DNA from: Rhodobacteraceae bacterium PARR1
GTDB lineage: Bacteria > Pseudomonadota > Alphaproteobacteria > Rhodobacterales > Rhodobacteraceae
Length of the DNA stretch: 64,000 nucleotides
Assembly (NCBI GenBank): GCA_002256185.1
Contig: NKIT01000001.1
Location: 16,207 to 80,206, forward strand
Direction of reading: 5' to 3'
The notes below the pieces were generated by a model, which did no database searches, had not been told where the DNA came from, and was given only the letters and a program-made list of their open reading frames with translations. Position 1 is the first letter of the stretch, and the number at the start of each line of letters is the position of its first letter. Both the position numbers and the translations under genes were made by a program. Of the stretch, positions 56,993 to 64,000 are shown one piece after another.

Positions 56993-58764
56993 ACCACCTG
57001 CGGGCGCATATCCGCAGCGTCGATCCCGGCCACAGCGACAGGCTTTTTCATCGCGTCGCGGCGGAAGGGTTCGCCGAGTTCCTGGTTGATCATCGCCTCG
57101 ATCAGCGTGGTCTTGCCGTGGACCATCTGATCCTCAACCGCCTTGGCCAGCGCCACGCGCAGATCGTCCATCGTATGCGCATGCACGCCTTGCAAGCCGC
57201 AGGCCCGCGCGATGCCCGCGTAGCTGACGTTGTCGTCAAGCTCTGTCCCCACGAAGTTGTCGTCGAACCAGAGGGTGGAGTTGCGCTTTTCCGCGCCCCA
57301 TTGGTAGTTGCGGAACACCACCATCGTGATGGCGGGCCATTCCGGGCGGCCAATGGCGGTCAGTTCGGTAACGGCAATGCCAAAGGCACCGTCGCCTGCA
57401 AAGCCCACCACCGGCACATCCGGGCAACCGATCTTGGCGCCCACGATAGACGGCAGACCATAGCCGCAGGGACCAAACAGACCGGGGGCGAGGTATTTGC
57501 GCCCCTGCTCAAACGTCGGATAGGCGTTGCCGATGGCGCAGTTGTTGCCGATGTCGGAGGAGATGATCGCATCCGCCGGCAGCGCCGACTGGATCGCGCG
57601 CCATGCCATGCGCGGGCTCATCCATTCGGGCTTGGCGGTGCGGGCGCGTTCGTTCCACGAGGTGCCCGGATCATCCTCTTCGTGATCCATCGACGCCAGT
57701 TGCTGCGCCCAACGCGATTTCGTCTGTGCAATCATCGCCTTGCGATCGGCGCGGCCGGTGTCACCTGCGGAGGGGGATAGCTTGGACAGGATGCCTTCGG
57801 CCACCTTCTTGGCATCACCCACAATGCCCACGGCGACCTTTTTGGTCAGGCCGATGCGGTCGGGGTTGATGTCGACCTGAATGATCTTGGCCTCTTTCGG
57901 CCAGTAATCCAGACCGTAACCCGGCAGGGTCGAGAAGGGGTTCAGACGGGTGCCAAGGGCCAAGACCACATCGGCCTTCTGGATCAACTCCATCCCGGCC
58001 TTCGATCCGTTGTAGCCAAGCGGCCCGGCAAACAGCGGGTGCGAGCCGGGGAAAGCATCGTTGTGCTGGTAGCCCACACAGACCGGCGCATCCAGACGTT
58101 CCGCCAGTTTCATGCTTGCCGGGATTGCCCCACCGATGACCACACCCGCACCGTTCAGGATCACCGGGAACTTGGCCGAGGACAGGAGTGCCGCCGCCGC
58201 CGCAATCGCGGACTCGCCGCCATCGGGACGTTCAAAGTCGATGATCGGCGGCAATTCGATATCCACGACTTGCGTGAAGTAATCGCGCGGGAAGTTGATC
58301 TGTGCGGGCGCGGAATTGCGACGGGCTTGGGTGATGACGCGGTTCAGAACCTCGGCCACGCGCGAGGGATCGCGCACCTCTTCCTGATAGCAGACCATGT
58401 CCTTGAAGAGCGCCATCTGTTCGACCTCTTGGAAGCCGCCCTGCCCGATGGTCTTGTTGGCCGCCTGCGGGGTCACCAGCAGCAAGGGCGTGTGGTTCCA
58501 GTAGGCGGTTTTGACCGCCGTCACGAAGTTGGTGATGCCGGGGCCGTTCTGCGCAATCATCATGCACATCTTGCCCGAGGCACGGGTATAGCCATCCGCC
58601 ATCATCCCGCCCGACCCTTCGTGCGCGCAATCCCAGAACTGGATGCCCGCACGCGGGAAGAGATCAGAGATCGGCATGAAGGCCGATCCGATGATGCCAA
58701 AAGCGTGCTGAATGCCATGGCGTTGCAGCACTTTCACAAAGGCTTCTTCGGTGGTCATCTTCAT
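56989..58764 (-). CDS. xsc: Sulfoacetaldehyde acetyltransferase (ThDP-dependent)
   Basis: 591 aa. MKMTTEEAFVKVLQRHGIQHAFGIIGSAFMPISDLF and the ThDP motif GDGAFG...N. Size and N-terminus are typical of Xsc. The tauE, ackA and soe context supports the call. Confidence 0.85.
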   Translation of the reverse strand: MKMTTEEAFVKVLQRHGIQHAFGIIGSAFMPISDLFPRAGIQFWDCAHEGSGGMMADGYTRASGKMCMMIAQNGPGITNFVTAVKTAYWNHTPLLLVTPQAANKTIGQGGFQEVEQMALFKDMVCYQEEVRDPSRVAEVLNRVITQARRNSAPAQINFPRDYFTQVVDIELPPIIDFERPDGGESAIAAAAALLSSAKFPVILNGAGVVIGGAIPASMKLAERLDAPVCVGYQHNDAFPGSHPLFAGPLGYNGSKAGMELIQKADVVLALGTRLNPFSTLPGYGLDYWPKEAKIIQVDINPDRIGLTKKVAVGIVGDAKKVAEGILSKLSPSAGDTGRADRKAMIAQTKSRWAQQLASMDHEEDDPGTSWNERARTAKPEWMSPRMAWRAIQSALPADAIISSDIGNNCAIGNAYPTFEQGRKYLAPGLFGPCGYGLPSIVGAKIGCPDVPVVGFAGDGAFGIAVTELTAIGRPEWPAITMVVFRNYQWGAEKRNSTLWFDDNFVGTELDDNVSYAGIARACGLQGVHAHTMDDLRVALAKAVEDQMVHGKTTLIEAMINQELGEPFRRDAMKKPVAVAGIDAADMRPQVV

Positions 58765-58812
58765 GGTGTCGTCTCCTGAACGGTCCTGTGGCGCAGTCTG
58801 CGCTTTCGCCCT

Positions 58813-59991
58813 TCATAAGGCCAGCGGGCCGTGGGGCCTTAGGGCCAGAGGATGGGGGCAGTTAAGGCCAGCGTGGCGCGGGGTGATCCGACAGAAGCGG
58901 GGGGTTTCACAGGTGGCGCGGGAGAGCCAGTCGGGGTTGATCTCGACGCCCCAACCGGGGGTATCGGTGACGGTGGCGTGGCCGTCTTCGATGCCGTAAG
59001 GGTCTGAGGCAAAGAGGCCCTCTTGCCACGGGTAGTAATCCGCGCCTTCGATCGAGAATTCGAGGTATTTGCCCGCATTCGGGATCGTGCGCAAAAGGTG
59101 CATGGTGCAGAGCGTCACCAGCGACAGGTTCGCGGCATGGGGGGTGACGGGCAGGCCATGGGCGGCAGCCATGCGGCAGACCTCAAGCGTGCGGTGCATG
59201 CCGCCCATATACATCACATCGGGCTGGGCGATATCCACGGCCTTGCGATCAAACATCAACTGCCAGCTGGAATATTCGCAATCCTGCTCCCCACCCGCCA
59301 CGTCGATGGACAGGGCCGCCCGCACTGCGGCGGTTTGGTCGGGTTCCCAATAGGGGCAGGGTTCCTCAAAATGGCCGATGCCATTGTCTTGCAACAACTT
59401 GCCGACCTCAATCGCGCGGGCGGCAGAGTAGCAGGAATTGCCATCGACCAGCTTGTCGATGCCATCGCCCAAGGCGCGCGACACCACAGGCACCACCGCC
59501 TCGGTCCGACCGGGCCATTCGTCCTTGTCGCGGCCGCATTCGGCCCCGACGCGCCATTTGAAGGCGGTAAAGCCGTATTGATCGCGCAGGCGGACAAAGC
59601 GCGCGGCCTCATCTTCCGGGGTGATGTCGCGCTTCATGGAACTGGCATAGGCGCGGATGCGGCCCGGGGTGCCACCAAGCAGGGCGCAAACGGGCTTTTC
59701 CTCAAACCGCCCGCGCAGATCCCAAAGCGCGGTATCCAGCCCCGTCATCGCGCGGCGCAGGTAGCTGCCGGGGTATTTGTGTTCCCGCTCACCGATCAGG
59801 GCCAGCGTATCGGCAAAATCCAGCGCATCAGTCCCTAAGGCATGCGGCGCGATCTGGCGGTGGAAGATCTGACAGGTCAGGTCGGCGTTATAGGTGGACA
59901 CCTGCCCCCAGCCGTGATGCCCGGTGTCAGTGGTGACGCGGACAAAGCCCACGAATTCGGTGGTGAAGGTTTCCAGCCGGGTGATCTTCAT
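58813..59991 (-). CDS. Enolase-superfamily (mandelate racemase / muconate-lactonizing enzyme family) protein, substrate unknown
   Basis: 392 aa. MKITRLETFTT...VTTDTGHHGWGQ capping domain. Barrel with LVDGNSCY, and HFEEPCPYWE metal-ligand contexts. The last ~35 residues have unusual composition. Confidence 0.8.
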   Translation of the reverse strand: MKITRLETFTTEFVGFVRVTTDTGHHGWGQVSTYNADLTCQIFHRQIAPHALGTDALDFADTLALIGEREHKYPGSYLRRAMTGLDTALWDLRGRFEEKPVCALLGGTPGRIRAYASSMKRDITPEDEAARFVRLRDQYGFTAFKWRVGAECGRDKDEWPGRTEAVVPVVSRALGDGIDKLVDGNSCYSAARAIEVGKLLQDNGIGHFEEPCPYWEPDQTAAVRAALSIDVAGGEQDCEYSSWQLMFDRKAVDIAQPDVMYMGGMHRTLEVCRMAAAHGLPVTPHAANLSLVTLCTMHLLRTIPNAGKYLEFSIEGADYYPWQEGLFASDPYGIEDGHATVTDTPGWGVEINPDWLSRATCETPRFCRITPRHAGLNCPHPLALRPHGPLAL

Positions 59992-60081
59992 CGCGCGCTC
60001 CTGCCCTTGTCGGATTCGCGGTGATCTTGGCCGGCTCTCGGCCCGCTGAATTGCCCGAAGCCGCCGCGCCCGGCGTCGTTT

Positions 60082-61554
60082 TCAGCGCGCGGCGATGGCG
60101 GCGGCGATCAGGCCGATCCCATCGGGGATTTTGGCGGGCTGGATCGACGAATAAGCCAAACGGTAGAAATTGCGCGCAGGATTGGCGGGATCAAAGAACA
60201 CCCGCCCCGGCTCAATCAGCACGCCCTTGGGACGCAGCCGCGCGGCAAGGTCTTCGGTATCCACCGCATCCGGCGCGCGCATCCAGAAGGAGGAGCCGCC
60301 AAAGCCGCCCTGCCCCGCCACCGTCAGCCCGTAATCGCGGATCGCCTCTTCCATCACCTGACGGCGCTTGCGATAGGCCGATTTCATCCGGTTGATCAGC
60401 GCATCATAATGCCCCAGCGACAAGAACAGCGCCGCCGTGCGCTGGATATGCCCCGGCGGATGGCGCAGCACGGTTGAGCGCAGGGCGCGGGCCTCACGGA
60501 TGAACGGCTCGGGCGCGACCATGTAGCCCAAGCGCAGACCCGGAAAGATCGACTTGGAAAACGAGCCGATATGGATCACCCGCCCCCCCGCATCCAGGGA
60601 TTTCAAGGAGGGCGAGACGGGTTTCAGGAACGACATCTCAAATTCGTAATCATCCTCCACGATCAGGAAATTGTCCCGTTCCGCCGCCTGAAGCAAAGCC
60701 TCGCGCCGTTCTACCGGCAAGGTGGCGTTGGTCGGGCAATGGTGGCTGGCCGTGGTAAAGACCACATCCACCCCGGCGGGGATATGATCCGGCGGCAGGC
60801 CTTCGGCATCCACCGGCACGGCGGTGATCGCGGCCCCGGTCTGGGCCAGCACCGCGCGGATGCCGGAATAGCCCGGCGTTTCCACCACCGCATGCCCGCC
60901 GCGACCGAGCAGCACTTGCGCTGCCAGCCACAGCCCATTCTGCGCGCCAAGGGTCAAAAGCACCTCGGACGGGTGGGCATCAATCCCCCGGCGCGGCAGG
61001 ATGTTGCGCAGGATATACTCGATCAGCATCGGGTCATCGCGCTCGTAGTGATCGGCGGTCAGGGAGGCGAATTCCCTGCGCCCCAAGGCCTGCACCGCAC
61101 AAAGCCGCCAGTTCTGATGGTCAAAAAGCGAGGGGTCCGCTTGCCCATAGATGAAGGGATAAGGATAGGCCTGCCAATCTTGCGGCCGATCAAGCCTTGG
61201 CAAGTTGGAATAGCGCGCCCCCGTCACATGGCCCCAATCGACCGTCCCCGCCTTGCGCGGCGCAGGCTTGAACCCCGGCGCGACCGGCACCCCGTCTGAC
61301 ACGAAATACCCCGAGCGCCCCTTGGCCGTCAGGTAATCCGCCGCCACAAGCTCGGTATAAGACAGCGTCACCGTGATCCGACTGACGCCCAGATGATCGG
61401 CCAAACCCCGGCTTGAGGGCATCTTTTCCCCGGCGCGGAAGCGGCCAGACAGGATGCCTTCGGACACCATCTGCCGGATGCGCTGCTGCAAGGTGCCCGT
61501 GCCATGCCGGGGCAGGAAAAAGGATTCGACCGGGATCGCCAAGACTGGCCTCAT
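60082..61554 (-). CDS. MocR-subfamily GntR regulator (HTH + PLP aminotransferase-like domain), TauR-like
   Basis: 490 aa. N-terminal winged HTH (PSSRGLADHLGVSRITVTLSYTELVAADYL). C-terminal fold-type-I domain with SFSKSIFPGLRLGY (PLP-lysine context). Confidence 0.85.
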   Translation of the reverse strand: MRPVLAIPVESFFLPRHGTGTLQQRIRQMVSEGILSGRFRAGEKMPSSRGLADHLGVSRITVTLSYTELVAADYLTAKGRSGYFVSDGVPVAPGFKPAPRKAGTVDWGHVTGARYSNLPRLDRPQDWQAYPYPFIYGQADPSLFDHQNWRLCAVQALGRREFASLTADHYERDDPMLIEYILRNILPRRGIDAHPSEVLLTLGAQNGLWLAAQVLLGRGGHAVVETPGYSGIRAVLAQTGAAITAVPVDAEGLPPDHIPAGVDVVFTTASHHCPTNATLPVERREALLQAAERDNFLIVEDDYEFEMSFLKPVSPSLKSLDAGGRVIHIGSFSKSIFPGLRLGYMVAPEPFIREARALRSTVLRHPPGHIQRTAALFLSLGHYDALINRMKSAYRKRRQVMEEAIRDYGLTVAGQGGFGGSSFWMRAPDAVDTEDLAARLRPKGVLIEPGRVFFDPANPARNFYRLAYSSIQPAKIPDGIGLIAAAIAAR

Positions 61555-61640
61555 GCGCGCAGGGAACTGGCGCTATGGGCGGGAAAGCGGGGGGCAGAGT
61601 CAAGGGCGGTTTGGGATGGTTTGGGGTAACTAACAGACGC

Positions 61641-62579
61641 CTACCCCTGCCGCGCCAATATGCCCATCACCCCGGCCAGCAGTTGCGCGGCAACCGTCGC
61701 GCCCTGCCCGTCAATGTCACGGTCGGGCATGAATTCCACCATGTCAAACCCCACGATCCGCGCTTTTTCCGCCACGGCCCCCACCAGTTCCAGCACATGC
61801 CAGTAATCCAGCCCCCCCGCCGTGCGGCCAATCACAGCGGGCATCACGGATGGGTCCAGCGCATCAAGGTCCAGACAGATCACCACCTCGGCCCCTGCGG
61901 GGATCAGGTCCACCGCCCGCCATACCCCCGCGCGGGCCACCTCGCCAGCGGGGATGAAGGCGACCCCCCACTCCAGCGCGTCCTGCACGTCCTTGGGCCG
62001 GGCCGAGCCGATGCCGCGCTGGCCCACCTGCACAATGCTCGTGACATGCGCCATTTCGGACGCGCGGCGCATGGTGGAGGAGAGGCCCCAGCGCTCGCCC
62101 CCCACCTCGTCGCGCCAGTCGATATGGGCGTCGATTTGCAGGATCACCACCTGCCGCCCCGCATCTCCCAGCGCCTGCAACATCGGAATCGGCAGGGAAT
62201 CATCGCCCCCCAGCAGCAAGGGCACCGCCTCTTGGTCCAGAATCGCCCCGATGGCCCCCCGGATCAGATCGCGATTGCCCTCGGCATCCCCCATCCGCAC
62301 CGCAAGATCACCGCAATCCACGGCGCGCACCCCGTCCGGCAGAACCGGACCGCCAAGATCGAAATTCACATGCCCCAGATTGGCGGCATATGTCGCCGCC
62401 GCCGCCCGGATCGCCTGCGGGCCCCCGGCGCAATAAAACCCGACCGAAGGATAGGGCGTGCAGCCATCCGCCCCGATCAGCGCCAAGCGCGCGCCTTTCA
62501 GATCAAGGTCGGGACAGGCGGGCAGACCCAAGAACGTCTCAACCTCAGCCGCGCCGAACATGCTGCCCAATGTGGCCAT
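61641..62579 (-). CDS. Arginase/agmatinase-family ureohydrolase (guanidino-compound hydrolase), substrate unknown
   Basis: Start MATLGSMFGAAEV at 62579, downstream of the acpP terminator. Motifs LGGDDS (canonical GGDHS), DAHID, and LDLDALDP. The ORF extension to 62660 runs through the terminator. Confidence 0.82.
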   Translation of the reverse strand: MATLGSMFGAAEVETFLGLPACPDLDLKGARLALIGADGCTPYPSVGFYCAGGPQAIRAAAATYAANLGHVNFDLGGPVLPDGVRAVDCGDLAVRMGDAEGNRDLIRGAIGAILDQEAVPLLLGGDDSLPIPMLQALGDAGRQVVILQIDAHIDWRDEVGGERWGLSSTMRRASEMAHVTSIVQVGQRGIGSARPKDVQDALEWGVAFIPAGEVARAGVWRAVDLIPAGAEVVICLDLDALDPSVMPAVIGRTAGGLDYWHVLELVGAVAEKARIVGFDMVEFMPDRDIDGQGATVAAQLLAGVMGILARQG

Positions 62580-62640
62580 ACCCGCCTCCCCCGCATCACA
62601 CGCGACCAGAATGACGCAAGAGCGGCCAAGCACATAGACC

Positions 62641-62671
62641 AAAAGCAAAAGGGCACCCAATCAGGGTGCCC
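62641..62671 (-). terminator. Rho-independent terminator of acpP
   Basis: Perfect 8-bp stem gggcaccc/gggtgccc (62651-62658 / 62664-62671), followed on the minus strand by UUUUGCUUUU (62641-62650). It lies 30 nt after the acpP stop. Confidence 0.78.
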
Positions 62672-62700
62672 TTTCAAATTCCGGCCTGTCCGCAGATGGA

Positions 62701-62934
62701 TCAGGCAGCTTCCGAGATGAACTTGACCGCGTCGCCAAAGGTCTGGATAGTTTCGGCGGCGTCATCGGGGATTTCGATCCCGAATTCTTCTTCGAACGCC
62801 ATAACCAGTTCCACGGTGTCAAGGCTGTCTGCGCCCAGATCGTCGATGAACGAGGCATTCTCGGTCACCTTGTCTTCTTCGACGCCCAGATGCTCGACCA
62901 CGATCTTCTTCACGCGTGCGGCGATGTCGCTCAT
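62701..62934 (-). CDS. acpP: Acyl carrier protein
   Basis: 77 aa. [20 protein letters not shown] phosphopantetheine-attachment motif. Confidence 0.97.
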   Translation of the reverse strand: MSDIAARVKKIVVEHLGVEEDKVTENASFIDDLGADSLDTVELVMAFEEEFGIEIPDDAAETIQTFGDAVKFISEAA

Positions 62935-63112
62935 GTCTTTGTCCTCTTCTCGGTTGCGGGGGAACCCCGGTCTTCGTCCCAGCCCCGCTTAACACGGGAC
63001 GACCGGGATGGCTCCCGATCCGTTCGCCGCGCCTATACCAAGGGCGCGGCCACATGGCAAACGCTTTCGTTTGGCCTGCCGATGGACCGGGGGAAACCCA
63101 GCCGCAGCAGCG

Positions 63113-63850
63113 TCAGACCATGTCCATGCCGCCATTCACATGCAGCGTGGCCCCGGTGATATAGGACGCCTCAAGGCTCGCCAGAAACAGAACCGCCGCC
63201 GCGATCTCGGCCGGTTCGCCCATGCGGCCCGCAGGCACCCCGTCAAGGATCGACTTGCGCTGCGCGTCGTTCAGCTTGTCGGTCATCGCGGTCGCGATGA
63301 AACCGGGGGCAAGGCAGTTCACCGTAATGCCCCGGCTGGCCACTTCTTCGGCGATGGATTTCGACATCGCCACCATCCCGGCCTTGGAGGCGGCATAATT
63401 CGCCTGCCCCGCATTGCCGGTGGTGCCGACGACCGAGGAGATGTTGATGATCCGCCCCCAGCGCGCTTTCATCATGCCGCGCACCGCCGCCCGGCACAGC
63501 CGGAAGGTCGAGGTCAGGTTCACGTCGATGACCGAGGTCCAGTCTTCGTCCGACATCCGCATCGCCAACCCGTCGCGGGTGATCCCGGCATTGTTGACAA
63601 GGATATCCACCGATCCCATCGCCTCAACGCCGCGCTTGATCAACCCTTCGACCTCTTCGGCGCTGGACAGGTTGCAGGGCAGCACATGCGCCCGCTCGCC
63701 CAGTTCGGCGGCCAGCGCCTCCAGCGGCTCCACCCGCGTGCCAGAGAGGGCGACCGAGGCCCCCGCCACATGCAGCGCGCGCGCAATCCCGGCCCCGATC
63801 CCACCAGACGCCCCGGTGACCAATGCATTTTTTCCAGTCAAATCGAACAC
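63113..63850 (-). CDS. fabG: 3-oxoacyl-ACP reductase
   Basis: GTG start at 63850 gives (M)FDLTGKNALVTGASGGIG. NNAGIT, YAASKAG, and C-terminal TLHVNGGM. Located upstream of acpP. Confidence 0.93.
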   Translation of the reverse strand: MFDLTGKNALVTGASGGIGAGIARALHVAGASVALSGTRVEPLEALAAELGERAHVLPCNLSSAEEVEGLIKRGVEAMGSVDILVNNAGITRDGLAMRMSDEDWTSVIDVNLTSTFRLCRAAVRGMMKARWGRIINISSVVGTTGNAGQANYAASKAGMVAMSKSIAEEVASRGITVNCLAPGFIATAMTDKLNDAQRKSILDGVPAGRMGEPAEIAAAVLFLASLEASYITGATLHVNGGMDMV

Positions 63851-63946
63851 GGCAGACCCTCCCCGCAGAAAACCCAAGGCTTCCTAACAGGAAGGTGCCG
63901 CATGCGCCACCCTTGCGCCCCACCAAGGCAACGCTGCCCCTGCCCG

Positions 63947-63983
63947 CTTCCCCGTTGCCCAAATATCCGCCGGGGGCGTCGCC
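63947..63983. repeat. Copy 3 of the dispersed intergenic repeat
   Basis: cttccccgttgcccaaatatccgccgggggcgtcgcc. Near-identical core to 24973-24994. Confidence 0.7.
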
Positions 63984-64000
63984 GTCTAGCGGCGCCGGGG

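Noticed and set aside
58813-58925. An odd C-terminal tail of ~35 aa on the enolase-superfamily protein (RFCRITPRHAGLNCPHPLALRPHGPLAL) that looks like read-through.
   Set aside because: This cannot be judged without an alignment. The barrel motifs upstream are intact and the ORF ends 48 bp before xsc. It may be a genuine extension or a lost stop codon. It is reported here rather than as a pseudogene.
1-64000. CRISPR arrays, tandem repeats, and defence, toxin-antitoxin or phage modules.
   Set aside because: No regularly spaced repeats are present. There are no Cas-like, restriction-modification, Abi, retron or reverse-transcriptase, or small paired toxin-antitoxin ORFs. Every gap longer than 150 bp was read and is described above.

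Overview
This is a densely coding, high-GC segment. Gene content suggests an alphaproteobacterium, probably Rhodobacteraceae; that placement is an inference, not a database result. I recognised no rRNA, tRNA, CRISPR array, transposase, integrase, phage gene or classical defence or toxin-antitoxin gene.

Layout:
- 1-13.8 kb: a surface-glycan locus. It has a PglF/E/D/C-like module for a bacillosamine-type sugar and a visibly AT-richer core (Wzx-like flippase, two FkbM methyltransferases, one class-I SAM methyltransferase, two GT4 glycosyltransferases). It also has wecB-wecC and an EPS-associated MarR regulator.
- 13.9-17.4 kb: housekeeping genes, a FadH-like flavoenzyme and ahcY.
- 17.4-18.1 kb: about 730 bp with no credible ORF.
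- 18.1-25 kb: a second glycan block. It has an AT-rich Wzy_C/O-antigen-ligase-family protein and a GT2, then a UDP-glucuronate-epimerase-like gene, manB, manC and ydcF.
- 25.1-29.3 kb: a PotABCD-like ABC importer.
- 29.5-40.2 kb: a complete Rhizobium-type L-rhamnose locus (rhaD-rhaI divergent from rhaR-S-T-P-Q-M-K).
- 40.2-44.3 kb: a GntR-controlled hydroxyproline-type cluster.
- 44.3-50.1 kb: SDR genes, a GH43-like propeller protein, and an HWE/HisKA_2 kinase with a LuxR response regulator.
- 50.5-62.6 kb: a co-directional array of ureohydrolase, MocR regulator, enolase-superfamily enzyme, xsc, tauE, ackA and soeABC.
- 62.7-63.9 kb: acpP and fabG.

I found no convincing wholly new system. The best candidates for novelty:
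- The Wzy_C protein with the bacillosamine module could be an O-linked protein glycosylation system rather than O-antigen or EPS.
- The triple-methyltransferase glycan core.
- The sulfoacetaldehyde/sulfite array, which has an unexplained entry module. That module includes a ureohydrolase with GGDDS in place of GGDHS.
- A Ser/Cys-type proline-racemase homologue.
- A 218-bp structured insert that splits soeA from soeB.
- A short dispersed intergenic repeat.

All family calls rest on reading motifs in the supplied translations. No searches were run.
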